Shown: positions 23,520-36,416 of the stretch, piece by piece
How the letters are laid out: each line of letters starts with the position of its first letter
How positions within the stretch are numbered: the first letter of the stretch is position 1
Source: Octopus bimaculoides
Lineage: Eukaryota
Length of the DNA: 64,000 nt
Reading direction: 5' to 3'
Assembly (NCBI RefSeq): GCF_001194135.2
Contig: NC_068982.1
Span: 63,465,716 to 63,529,715, forward strand
Notes under the pieces: model-generated
The model's input: the letters and a program-made list of their open reading frames with translations, nothing else
Databases searched by the model: none
What the model was told of the DNA's origin: nothing
Position numbers and translations under genes: made by a program

Positions 23520-26500
23520 TTGTGGTTCCCGTCCCGGCTGAGGCAGCCTTTTGCCCACAATCATGAAATGTACCACCGTCCCCGTTCTGGAGACGGATGT
23601 CATCCGGGATTTTTTATGCTTTCGAGTCTGATCTGGAGAAGTATCTCCAGGTCAACCCCGGACCAGTCATCCTTAGCAGTTATCGCCTCTATCAAGACAG
23701 TATCCGTCCCCTCCACGATTACGCATCCTAGAAGCCACCAAATGTCTAGTCCTGGTAGAGTTCTAGGAATGCGGACATTGGTTGTACGTTTCCCTATATG
23801 GGAGGGGTATATGGTGACTTTGCTGGTTTTGCAGGGGCTCATTGAATGTTTCATAGCGAGGGCTTCTGACTTAAGCAGCACGGAAACGGAGCCGTACTGT
23901 TTGCCCCTCCCTATGTATTTGATGTCATTTTTGATGCACCTCAGCGTCGCCTCAATAACGACTTGGGCTATCAAAGCCGCTCTTTTCGTGTCTACTGAAA
24001 TGCATCTGGAAAGCACTGTTCTTTTCTCTACTGCTTCAATTGCCTCTCATTGGACCGTCAGGTTGGCAGATCAATCAAAAGTCAGCTCAGTATAACACAC
24101 ACTCACTTATATCTACAAGTAAAAAGCTCTGAAATCACTAACTCAAACCAGCAAACTATGTACACAGAACCCTGTGAAGGTGGATTATCAGTTGATACTA
24201 AAAACGCTATAAATGATCACGTCAGCAATGAAATGTTAGATGGAATACTAGAACAATATCTAATACAACTACATCAACCTTTCCATGAAAGAGCTCCACT
24301 TCCCAAAATTATTAATATTAAGAAGAACAGACAAGTAATCAAAGATGTTGATCAATAGGTAAGCGGATACGACAACTCCTTGGGGATAGTAGAGAAAATG
24401 CCCTCGAAGTGATTGATCAACTCATTTACTTAGCTGCTTATGTTGCAACTCAGAAACGTGGTACTAAAATTAGAGATAAACAAAAAAAGTGCAATGTATA
24501 CAAACAGCCTACATGGATGGAAAGAATAAACCGGTAAATAATCCAGCTAAGAGCAGATATATCTTTTGTACTTGAAGCAAGCAAAAGGAAAACTAATAAA
24601 CCCAACAAACTAATAAGAATAATTGTTAAGCATGACCTTTACGAGTAAACAAAGTATTGAAATCTTCAAGCAAAAACTACAATTAAAAACCAAACGACTG
24701 GAAAGATACAAGAAACGCTCAGCATTCTATTGACAAAACATACAAGAACACAAAAAAATTCTACAGGGAACTGGGGGGAAATACCATTATTGTGAAAACA
24801 CCTCCTCCCCAACAGCAAACTAAAGATGTTTCGAAAAACATTTGGAGTAATCCAAAGGAGTTTAATCAGAATGCACATTGGGCCAAGCACAGAGAAGAGG
24901 CCAAGCACAGAGAAGAGGCCAAGCACAGAGAAGAGGCCAATTCCCACCTCAAATATCAAAAATGGCTGGATATAACAACTGAAGAAGTGAAAGCGGTGCT
25001 CGCCAAGTCAAAGAAATGGAAATCCCCATGTAGAGATAAGATTCCAAAGTTTTAGTTAAACTCTTTNNNNNNNNNNGAAATCCCCATGTAGAGATAAGAT
25101 TCCAAAGTTTTAGTTAAACTCTTTAATGAGCACTCACCACAACTTAGCCGTAGCACTCAATGAAGTCATGTCCAATCCTGCGAAAACCCCAAAGTGGCTT
25201 ACAAAAGTGATTACTTATCTCTTACCAAAGACAGAAGAAACTACTACTACTGCCCCCCCCCAAAAAAATAATTGTACCGATCTATAAAATGCCTCACCAC
25301 CACATATAAACTATTAACATTTATAATAGCGAATAGAGCATATGAATTCTTGGACAATAGGAAGTTATTCCCAGTGGAACAAAAGGGATGTAAAAGAAGT
25401 TCATATGGATGTAAGGACCAATTACTGTTTGATAAAATGGTCATTAAAATTGCAAATCCAAACTCAGGAATCTTAGCACCGATTAGATAGATTACAAGAA
25501 TGTTTTACAGTGTCCCCTATGCATGGATCATCAAGGCCCTGGAAGTTTACAAGATAGTTCCAACAATTGTGAACGTTTTAAAAGCAATCATGAATTCGTG
25601 GAGAACCACCTTCATTTTAAACCATACACCTGGATATACCACCTCACCAGACATCAATATCGCATGTGGTATCTTTCCACCATTACTATTCTGCTTCTCT
25701 CTCTCTCTCTTCCCATTATCCACGCAACTGAATAATGCTAAGAGAGGGTATAAGATCTTTGACCAGAAAATTAATCATCTACTCTATATGGATGATCTAA
25801 AACTGTTTGCCAAAAACGACAAAGAATTAGAACTCCTGAATATTGTCAAAGATTTCAGCTCTGATATAGGTATGGTATTAGAACTTAATAAATGTACAAA
25901 GGCTTCATTCAAGGCAGGGAAGTTCATAACGGCAGAAAACATAGATCTTGATACTGCCACAGCTATTCGAAACCTACACCAATCTGAAGTATACAAATAT
26001 CTGGGAACCAATGAAGGTGAAGGTATCCAGCACTCTAAAATGGAAGAGAAAATCCGCAAGGAATGCTACCGAAGGGTAGGAATGATCCTAAACGCAGAAT
26101 TAAATGCTGCTAACAGAATTAATGCGATCAATTCTTTGGCCATACCAGTAACCACATATAGCTTCGGTGGGGTCGCACTGACAAGCAGAATATGTCGCAC
26201 TGACAAGCAGAATATGGATGGAAAGATCCGTAAAATCCTTACAGGTACCGAATGCACCATCGAAAATCAGATTTAGACAGGATTTATCTCCCAAGAAAAA
26301 TAGGCAGAAATGACCTGATACAGCTCGAACAATCCTTCAAATCAGCAATAATAGGCCTTGAAACGTACCTTCATACAACAAGTGATGTGCTCTGACGAAC
26401 TGCACTGAAGCATGAAGATCCCAATCAAGCTTCAGTCATGAAGCTTAGTAAGAAATTTAAAAAGTCTCTTGGCCCACAAGTTAACAATAAGAATGACCAA

Positions 26501-27472
26501 AGACACCCAAATACTGACAGACCTACCATTGCTTCTCCTAATTTAGAAATTAACAAGCAGAAAGATACAAATAGTGACAAAAAACACTACACAAAAAGCA
26601 GATAAGGCTTGCATGAATAATATCGAAGACAACTGGAAAGGCTAACTCCTGCATGGAAAATATCCTAGCCGCCCGTCCAAGCCAGATGTTGGTCAACATC
26701 TAACACACCAATGGCTACAAGGGACAGGTCTGAAAGAGGAAACAGAAGGTTTTGTTAGTGCAGCACAAGATCAGAGCTTACCTACCAGAAACTACCATGC
26801 AAACGTCCTTAAAGATGGATCTAACTCCTCGTGCAGAATTTGCGGAAAATTCAGAGAGACAATGGATCATGTTGTTTCTGGCTGCCCAGTCCTCGCTGCC
26901 CAGTACCTCATACGACATGACAGACTAAGGCAGTACATACACTGGAATTCTTGTAAATACTACAAAATTGAATCTCATGATAAGTGGTACATGCACCATC
27001 CAGAGGATGTAGTAAATGGCAAGGGCATCACGAGACATTGTGATCAAAGACTACAGCAGAGGAACTTGTCTGTTAATAGATATGTCTGTCCCCACAAGAT
27101 CAAAATCCCTAAAGAAAGGAATACGAAAAGCTTTCTCACTATAAAGATCTGCAAATTGAAATCATAAGAATGTAGAAGCTTAGTACTACAATAATACCAG
27201 TAGTAATTGGTGCATTGGGAATGATAAAGAAGGGAGCTGAGAAGTATATTAAGCAACTCCCTGGTAACTCCAATCTCCGTGAACTACAAAAGATAACCTT
27301 GATAGGTACAGCCCATATACTATGGAAAGCACTCTCCATCTAAAATGGAATAAATGTGGTAATAACGTTAGCATGCATAGCAAAACAAAAGTGCCCTTGC
27401 TACTCTTGGCCTCCGAAGGATGCCCGGTACTAAGGCAGCTGAAATAAAGTTATAATGAGAGGAAACCGTAAG
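23520..27472 (+). mobile_element. Near-full-length, disrupted R4/Dong-clade non-LTR retrotransposon (family B): GC-rich leader, RT, CCHC knuckle, RLE, 3' UTR
   Basis: RAPLPK and QLIYLAAYV N-terminal motifs, FPVEQKGCKRSSYGCKDQLL, HLLYMDDLKLFAKN (YMDD at 25785-25796), CRICGKFRETMDHVVSGC, and end IPVVIGALG..LQKITLIGTAHILWKALSI* (stop 27341-27343). Multiple stops and frameshifts. The 5' boundary is uncertain. Confidence 0.9.
24881..24940 (+). repeat. 18-bp tandem repeat x3 (in-frame AKHREE) inside the Dong element
   Basis: ggccaagcacagagaaga repeated three times plus ggccaa. Confidence 0.95.
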
Positions 27473-27486
27473 TAATGATGATGATG

Positions 27487-27562
<76 letters not shown>

Positions 27563-27645
27563 CAACAACAACAACAACAACAAAAAGAAGAAGAAGAAGA
27601 AGAAGAAGAAGAAGAAGAAGAAGAAGAAGAAGAAGAAGAAGAAGA

Positions 27646-27692
<47 letters not shown>

Positions 27693-27695
27693 AAT
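27473..27695. repeat. Compound trinucleotide array (GAT)(AAT)(AAC)(AAG)(GAT)
   Basis: Directly visible between the Dong 3' end and a SINE tail. Confidence 0.95.
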
Positions 27696-27696
27696 T

Positions 27697-27870
27697 CTTT
27701 CTAATATTGGCACAAGGTCAGCATTTTTGGGAGAGGAGTAAGTCGAATACACCGACCCAGTACTCAACTGTTGTTTACTTTATTGACTCCGCAAGGATGA
27801 AAGGATTCGAAGAAATACCACAATGCATTGTTTCACTACTCTAATGATTCTGCTAGATCACCGCCATAAT
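27697..27870 (-). mobile_element. SINE S1
   Basis: ttctttctaatattggcacaaggtcagc...gacccagtactcaactg...aatgattctgctagatcaccgcc. Confidence 0.8.
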
Positions 27871-28419
27871 AAAAATACTAATAACAGTTTCTTATTTAGA
27901 CACAAGACCAGCAGTAGAACTTAGTAGCTACTTTTGATACTAGTATTAGTCGTGTGAAGTATTCTATCGGAAAGTACGGAAAACAAAGTCTTATCTATCA
28001 GTACGGTATCTGAATTTTCAACGTGACGTTTCAAAACTCAACACAAGTCATCCAAAAGATACTGATACTGCGTTGCTAACATTTATAATTATATCATATG
28101 CAGATCCAAGTCGACTACTATGTGCAATTAACAATGCTCTTCCTCACTGGTTTCTCCTCTTCTCACAACTCGTTTTGTATTCTTCTCAGGCTCAGCATAA
28201 ACCTTTTGCATCCAATCCTTATTTCCCAGAGTATTGTCTCAGAAATTCCTTCTAATAGCATTTATTTCTTTAGTTCCTGACCTGGAACTGTTCAAGAACA
28301 ATTTTAAGGGCACTCGTTTTACCAATTTCAGAAGTCCTTGGAAGGCTAAGAGCAGAGTTCCTTACTGCTGATCAAACCAATAATATGTTGGTATGTATTA
28401 ACAATATTGCTATAATAAT

Positions 28420-28730
28420 GTGAGATTTATCTGTGCTGAGGGATATGAAGATTGAAGTGAAACGTCCAGATATAATTATCATGTACATGAACGATATGTC
28501 GAATTTCAGTGAACAAAGCATTATCTGGAAAGAAGTTGAGAAACTATCACAATACAAATTCCTTAGAATTGAAATAAATATGATGTAGACTCGGAAAGTC
28601 AAGACTACCAATAAATATTAAAGTATTATAGAAAATGTACGTCAGCAAAATAGAAAAATATGCCAGCGGTTACAAATCTATATACGCAATCCAGAAAATA
28701 ACCTTGCTAAGCCGAACACAGCAAAGGATG
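28420..28730 (+). mobile_element. Old degenerate RLE-domain fragment of an R4/Dong-type element
   Basis: RDMKIEVKRPDIII..KEVEKLSQYKFLRIEI..IQKITLLS parallels the intact RLE fragments. Confidence 0.65.
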
Positions 28731-29099
28731 ATCATACGCTATGCAAAATACGATCAATAGCAAAACTCACACAGCACATACTCTACATAATAATCATGTA
28801 TTACAGCCTGCACTAAACACTGTACATAACCATCATTCCAAAATATTATATGTACTCTTACATAAGCAACACAAACTACCAATAACTCACAAAACCAACA
28901 CTACATTATTTCTACACCCAATGATGTAAAATAACTCATCCAGCAAATATTGATAACAATCCCAATTTGACTCTATAATACATAATGCTACGCAAGTGCC
29001 ATTCAATAATATAGCACAATTAACATATTCTAGACAATAACAAACGGACGAAACACTAAAATAACACCATAAATAAGCAAACAGCACAATAAAGCAACA

Positions 29100-30345
29100 T
29101 ATATACAGTAAGAAAGTATAATAATACAATCACGTTTTCTTAAATTTGCTTTCGAGAAATTAGTTAGAGTAGAATGTACAGCAAATTCAGAAAGGAATTG
29201 AAAAGGTTCTAGCAAACAATACCTGTTGAAAAACCTATCAATATCAACCTGCAATGATATGACGCAAAACCTGACAGCCGGAAAGCTGTCAAACAAAAAG
29301 ATTTCATACAGAAAGTCCAATGAGGTACCCTCATACAAAGATATGTTTCAAATTACTCACCATTCGTATTCAAAAAATCTTGTTAACATTATCAGTTAAA
29401 GGATTTCAAAAATTTTGTCTGATAAAGAAACCTTCGACCAAGCAGCAACATTAGAATAAAGTGGATCGCAATACGTAGCGTAAACACCACAAACAGACAC
29501 CAAGTAAAACAAGTTCAGAAAAAGAAACAGCAACTGGCACACCCATTTTCTTTTACCAGAAAGTCACAACGGGTGCATCACACAGAGTCCTGACATGAGA
29601 TAGCAATTATTTCCCAAATAAACACAAATATCACAAATTATTTAACAGAAACATCACATAAGTGCTACACAGAAATATAAAATGCATCATAATAGCACAA
29701 CGAGAAACAACACAATCGAAAACAAATATAATTGTAGAAGTAGGACATGACCATTACACGTAGTCTATAAAATTGTAGTTTCACAAGTAAGACAAGAACA
29801 AAGAAACTATATCGGCGTCACTAATGAACCCTTTAAAGGTAGTTACACACAACATATACACACATATTCTGGATCATGCACGAAAACAACACAACATTCC
29901 TATGAAAATATTTATTGGTGTTTGCATAAGAATTTTGGAAAACAATATCATTGGAAACATAATATAGCAAATTATAAACCGTGCACCATCATCTATGAAC
30001 AGTTCCAGTGTCTGCAATCGCTACACCATAGAGAAATGCATCAAAATCACACAAAATATACATACCTGAAATAAGAGAAATGAGAACAAAAGAAATAAGG
30101 GAAAGGACACCAAAAAAGAAATTTATTCACAAAACATGGTTCAAACTCCGACAGGGATAAAACAAACCCCGTGTGTTCCAGGAAGACACTTCCGTGAAGA
30201 AACGTTTACGGAAATGCCAGACCTGGGAATTCACAGTGCACATCAGGACAACACAGCGGAACAGGGGCTACTTTAGAATCTCTGAGGCCATCTTCATGCA
30301 TCAAAAGAAACCCAAGATGAACAATAGAAGGGAGTTACATGAAGC
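29100..30345 (+). mobile_element. Degenerate Penelope-like element (RT thumb + GIY-YIG)
   Basis: SYRKSNEVPSY..SNYSP..KNLVNIIS*RISKILSDKETFDQAA matches PLE PYRKPN..Y...SNHPP..I..RIS. Terminal RISEAIFMHQKKPKMN is a GIY-YIG-end-like motif. Confidence 0.7.
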
Positions 30346-31039
30346 TAGCTGATTACTATAGCAACACCATTCTGTGCATGTCCACTCCACACACGCTCAC
30401 ACATACGCACATCGGCAACATTCATCAATTTTTTTGAAAATGGGATTCATAACCCCGAAATATTGAAAACAAGGTAAGTCTACATTAATTCACATATTTG
30501 ATTTCTTGTGATTTACCTTGTATTTATTTCGCATGAGATGCAGCACAATTTTGTCAGTGAACAGGTCGCGGTCTCAAAGCGACGAAAATATTTTGACAAA
30601 TTAAATTTAAATGTTGAAGTGAATCTGACGGCTTTTGTGTGTTATTTTAAATGGCTTATAAACGCCTGCCACGTTGCAATTATATATATATATATATACC
30701 AATGCTTGTTGTGAAATAGTACATATGAGTGAATATATGTAAAATACAAAAGTAAATTAGACATCATATATATGCTAGTGGATAGACGGAAGATCAAGCA
30801 AATAAATCCATACAGCTATATTCAGTGACCTATGTGTCTGTTTATATGTGAGTGTATTTACGTGTCCGAGTGTGTGCATAGTTGTATTCGGACAAATGAG
30901 TGATTGTTGAATTATATGTGAGTTAGCGTGTATGTCTGATTGCTGTAGGATACGCACAAACACCTCCCCACATACTCAACTAAAAGGGTAGTGTGACCCT
31001 ACAGAGTTAAAGAGACACATGCAACATTTCGTTAACCGC

Positions 31040-31325
31040 AAGCAGTTCTCAGGTTAAGGCCATAAAGAAAGGATCAGAGTATACAAAGGAGCTTTGAGGA
31101 AATTTGAAGCTATCAAACGTAACTATAGGAATGGGATTTGCCCAATCTATAGGAGCAAGTCATGGAACACCATTGAAAGGACTAAGAAGAAAATAGGGAA
31201 GGCCAACTCATGGTATGATAGCCACAAATACCAGAGTGTCATGTTCGTCGACACTACATCTAGAGGCGAACTGGCGTACCGCTTTAGAAGGGCCTTAGAC
31301 AAACTTGAATTAGAACGAAATGTTA
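31040..31325 (+). mobile_element. Penelope-like element fragment (RT-to-GIY linker)
   Basis: ORF 31094-31429: RNGICPIYRSKSWNTIERTKKK..SWY..YQSVMFV.T..GELA, resembling the PLE P.YR...W...R.KKK...WY.....V.FV linker. Confidence 0.55.
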
Positions 31326-32649
31326 TCCTTTCATATAGAATTAGCTGTCTCATACTCTTTTGCATACACTTGATATTCGAAACTTCTGATCACACCACCC
31401 GAACAACTTTTAACGGTGTCTTTCAATAATTTCATAAGTACATCATAAACTATTTAATTCTTATCTCAACAGGAATATTCCCTAACCATTAGAACAACAA
31501 AACAGGGATTTCAGCATCCAAGAAAATAACTTCTAATAAAATATAGATAAGAAAAAACTATTTTAAAGACTCATGCATGTCCTTTATCACTAAGGGAACA
31601 TTTTGTTTCTTAATATCCCCTATTATTCTCTTTGTAGAAAGAGATTTGATGAAATCGAAACATTCTTCTGTGTGACACATAAGTCTCTCGACTTTGAAAC
31701 ATTTCGAAATTAATACTTCTACAATTGTTAAAGCAAAGCCTTTTATCTTGTAAAAACATGAGACATACATAAACACTTCTCCATCCCATTAATTCTTCAT
31801 GTTTAATATCTGCTAGTTAAGAAGTTTCTTCAAACAGGTTTACTCTGACCTATGTTATATCAATAGTGTGGTAAGCTTATTACATCTCTCGCACACTTTA
31901 TTCTATATAATAATGAACAATTCACTTTTGCTTCTAACCATGTACACTCTCCCATCCAAGTCTTATCACATGTCACATCCCTACAGTTTCCTGCACACAA
32001 GCTTCATCTCAATACAACCTGAACAATTCAGTAAATATAGTTTTTATCGTCGTCACAGAAGGAAGACAAGATTAGTATGTCTTCTTCAATGGAGCCAAAG
32101 AGCAGCAAAGAGCCCTCACCTTCCCTTTTGATTATGAAAACAACATATCTAATCTTACCGGATGAACGACGGAAGAGAATCTCTCCGGTCATTCGACCTG
32201 CTACAAATGCAACTAAATTTCTTTCTCTAATCATACTGCTTTAATATAAGATAAACAAAACATTGTGATGACTGATGTATGGGCCAGTCACGGCTAGAAC
32301 GCCCTATGAAAATCTTTGCTTAGTGTTGATCGCCATATAAACAAAACCAAGAGCTATCGCAATTTATATCCTCACTGTCATCACTATCGTCTTTCTCCTC
32401 CGTATTATCATGACCAGCGTTGTGAACATCATCATCCACGTCATCACCACACGCACTAGAAGCGGCAGCAGAAGCAACAATGATAGCAACAACGGCATCT
32501 TTACTAATGCAACAGCAACAATATCAAAGTAAGCAGAAAGAGAAAATGCTGTTCGTTATTCTATATTCCGATTTGCTGACGTTGTCAGTGGCACCGGTCA
32601 TTAAATAGTAATGTCTTCTTGAGATGTCAACTTATAACTGAAACCATTA

Positions 32650-32652
32650 ATA

Positions 32653-32711
<59 letters not shown>

Positions 32712-32771
32712 TGATGATGATGATGATGATGATGATAATAATAATAATAATAATAATTAATTCGTTTTAAT

Positions 32772-32822
<51 letters not shown>

Positions 32823-32835
32823 NNNNNNNNNNAAT

Positions 32836-32912
<77 letters not shown>

Positions 32913-32980
32913 AAGAAGAAGAAGAAGAAGAAGAAGAAGAAGAAGAAGAAGAAGAAGAAGAAGAAGAAGAAGAAGAAGGG
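32650..32980. repeat. Compound (AAT)n/(GAT)n/(AAG)n microsatellite with a 10-N gap
   Basis: Directly visible. Confidence 0.95.
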
Positions 32981-33209
32981 TTTCTTTATTAACCATTAAG
33001 TTTTCATAAATACATGGAGAACGATAGGACAAAATACTGAAACATAATACATAGTACGGGGTTAGATAAAAGCGATTAAGCACTAAAATAAAAGAAAGAA
33101 ATTTAAAAGAATTCAAACAAGAGATAATGAACCAAAACGGAACAGGCTTCCGATATCTACACTTGGAAACCTTACAAAACCATGATTACCCTGACCACAT
33201 GGGAAAGTG

Positions 33210-34690
33210 ACTGACGTTTCTGGAAAAGATTTATCTTGGGTGAGTCAACTCGTATCTGTTCTTCCCCATTTGGAAATCCGGAAGAAACCAAACTCCGAAC
33301 AAAATGACTGGTCGATTTGTCCAGCAACCCACAATGCTCTTATATGACTTTTCTTGATTGATTTTCGCTCCTGTCATCACCTTGTACTCTGTGAGGGTGA
33401 CGACAACCTCACTATAACTGATGTCCAACACTATTACAGTGACGTTGTCCGCACAACCGACTCAGTTCTTCCACATCCTTGTGAGCGCTTGGTGTTCCTT
33501 AACGTCTCTAGTTTCCGAAGTAGTGACTAAAAATCAGCACATATAAAAGAGATGGGACAACCTTGATGAGCCAAGCGCATATTACTGAATAGTTCTGATA
33601 TGCTGTTATTAATCTTAACCATTAAACAGATGTTTCCCAACATTGTAGCAATCCAATTGCGGAAGACAGGACCAAAATCGGCCGCCGTGAGAGTAGTTCA
33701 GCAGGTGTTAGAGGTCGACTGTATCAAACATTTTCAATTGATTTAAATTGAGCCGAGCCGCAACATTACCAAATTTCTTACCCATTCTCTCTATGATGTG
33801 TCATAGGCAGGGGTGAATGTCATGGATAGATTATTAGGGATTGTTTGGCACATGTTTTTCTATCATTAATCAGGCAATTTGCTAATACTTTGGCAAAAGC
33901 TTTAACAGTTTAACAGTTATGGGCTGGTAGACCGTCGAGGCTCTGAAATCGATCCAGCACTCTAGCAAGCTACTCGTTTTGAACAGGGGATCAAAACGCT
34001 GAGGAAAAGTCACATACATCTAATTGGGGTCGAGTAATATGTGCTCATTTTGGTCCACCAAAGGCCGAACTGTTGCTTCGTTGCCACGTTCCACCTCTGC
34101 CATTCGAGCCTGTCCAACAGCTTTCATCACCTCGTGTTTTTTAGCACAAGCCATAGGTCTGATATCATCATTTTCGTGCCTAGCGTTGAAGAATTGATCG
34201 AGAGCAAATCTCGTTGTGAGCACATCGGATATGATGCCTTTCCTAAGTGCCTATTCTAAGTTTCTAATTAAGTTTCATTCTGTCCTATTTCTTTGCATTG
34301 TCACAACCGTTGTAAGACTTGTCGATTCTACGCTAATCGCAGTTTTCAGAGCAAACTGCAATTTGTTACTGACGACTGCCTTCGTCAATTCCTGTTTATT
34401 ATTTTCACAAGAGTGAAGTGTTCAGCTTCCAGTAACCGATGAAGTCTATCTCGCTCCACCGTACTGCTCACAAATTCGTGATTTGTAAAGTGATTTGTAA
34501 AGTTGTGATTTGTAAAGCTTGAAGTAGTCTGACTCCTCTGGCCTTTGATGTATAAAAAGTTACCAGTATGAAGGTCCACTTTCACTACTGTTCACATTCA
34601 AAACCGCTGACTCACCTTCTGGGTTCAAAAAGACGGTCTGTATCGTACTGCTGTCCAGATACACCAAATGCGCATGAAGGCTTGTGAATG
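33210..34690 (-). mobile_element. Degenerate Tx1/L1-clade LINE (APE end + RT remnants)
   Basis: GYWKLNTSLL (~34440-34410), an RPITL..LAKVLAN..DQ.KAFDRVD-like block (~33940-33710), CADN (YADD equivalent), TGAKINQEKS and GVWF.PD. Confidence 0.75.
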
Positions 34691-36339
34691 GAAAACTCTG
34701 ATCAGGTTAATAGTCATGCTATCCATGTATAGTGACCTTTATTTCTTTGTTTGAAACCATATTTTAGATAATATTAAATAAAATAACGTGCATACATAAC
34801 TGCACGACTGCTGTATTAGAGTAGCTGGACAAAACTTCGAGAAGAAACACAGTGCATGAACCCCACCAAAATAAATGAAAAGATTATGTTTCCAGCAGAC
34901 GTGATAATGTTGCTAATATCGATAGAAAGTTTAGCGTTAGTTTGATTCATGGCCGTTATATGTATCACCTTTTGTTTGATAGTTTTACATCTGCAACCCA
35001 TTGAACAGAAAATAAAATTTAAGCGCTTAAAACTCAAGATAGGAAAAATACCACATTTCTGAGGAAGATATTGCACACGTGATCTGTAGCTGTCCAAAAA
35101 TGTTATTAAAGTACTGCCTTCCAATGCAGATTGATGTTGCTAATACAATGTACTCAATGCTATGAGGAGGAAAATCTGTAGCGTTATAAATATTGAGAAT
35201 ATTTCTGTTGACTGATGTATGGAATATTAAGTGGAACCTCCGTGATGTGCAAACATTTTAATCTTGGCACAATAGTTTACGACAAAAGACAATACATTTT
35301 GTGGAGTTATAGAGATCAGCTGTCCTGAAAATAAAAGATTCTTTTTTAAAAAATTAGGAGAAAGGTAATATTTACGACCAATTGCTCTGTTGCTGTAGTT
35401 TCCTTATATTATAAATTTACATTTATATTCTTGTATATTCTTGCATCTGGCACATTAGTGGCAATATAAGAGGCAATCTCAAAAAGTTCTCAGGTAAAGA
35501 AAGAAACTAACTAACATATATTTTGCAGATTCTGTCCGAAAGTGGAATAGTGAAATATGATCACTTCAAAATGTAACTCGTTACTGTAATGCAACCTCTA
35601 AAGACGGAGTTCTTTCTTTGTTAATAGCAATTTTTTTTATTTATAAGAGAAGAAACCATTAGTACAAGTCGAAGATATCATACATACATACATACATACA
35701 TACGTACGTACGTACATACATACATACACACACACATACATACATATACACCCACATACACACATACATACATACATACATATATACATACATACATACA
35801 TACGTTAAGCCTTTGCCTAAGTTCATTTGCGTTTATCTACATTATAGAACCAAGCATGTATTTATGCTTACTATGAAATTATTTTCTTCCAGTACAGTGC
35901 TTTTCTAAGACAGTTTCTTTCCTCTTTATCTATTCCTGTTCGACGACTATTTTATGGTGTGCGTCAGCAGGTGCAAAATAGTATGTGGCTAACAGGAACT
36001 ATGCTCAGTTCATCAGCACCTGACAAGGGGAATTGTCATCGAAAGGTGACATGTGATAAATATTTCTTATTATATTTGTTTTTTTTTATAGTTGAGAGCC
36101 TTTCTTCCCGAGTGAATAATTCGTGAAGAGAAATTAATTGCACTGCCTACCCATTGAGTCGTTTGTATACCCCACAGATGGAACATTATCTTTTTCTTTT
36201 TGCTTAGATGAACTAAAATTGTACTGCCAATATTAACGTGATATGTACTATATAGCGTATGACAAAATATTCAATCATTCAAACATATATCATTCTCATA
36301 ATAAGACTCTCTGAATGTGTTCTTCTCTGCTTTTCTAAG

Positions 36340-36416
36340 ACGCCACCAATGCGATCGAACCCAGGATTTTGTGGCTGGAGCGTGAATATCTTAATCACTC
36401 TACCACGCTGCAGCTA
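36340..36416 (-). mobile_element. Isolated tRNA-like SINE head
   Basis: Reverse complement: gcagcgtggtagagtgattaag..aaatcctgggttcgatcgcattggtggc, with A- and B-box-like motifs but no tRNA acceptor stem. Confidence 0.6.

Noticed and set aside
23495-23600. HDV-like ribozyme at the 5' boundary of the long Dong element (L3-like TTCCCGT)
   Set aside because: P3, P4 and P2 pairings could not be satisfied by eye, and the only P1 partner lies inside the neighbouring element.
25019-25124. 48-bp direct repeat inside the Dong RT region
   Set aside because: The two copies flank a 10-N gap exactly, typical of an unmerged contig overlap.
30420-30480. Strong donor AAG|GTAAGT at 30473/30474
   Set aside because: No convincing upstream acceptor or coding frame, and it lies just after a Penelope relic.
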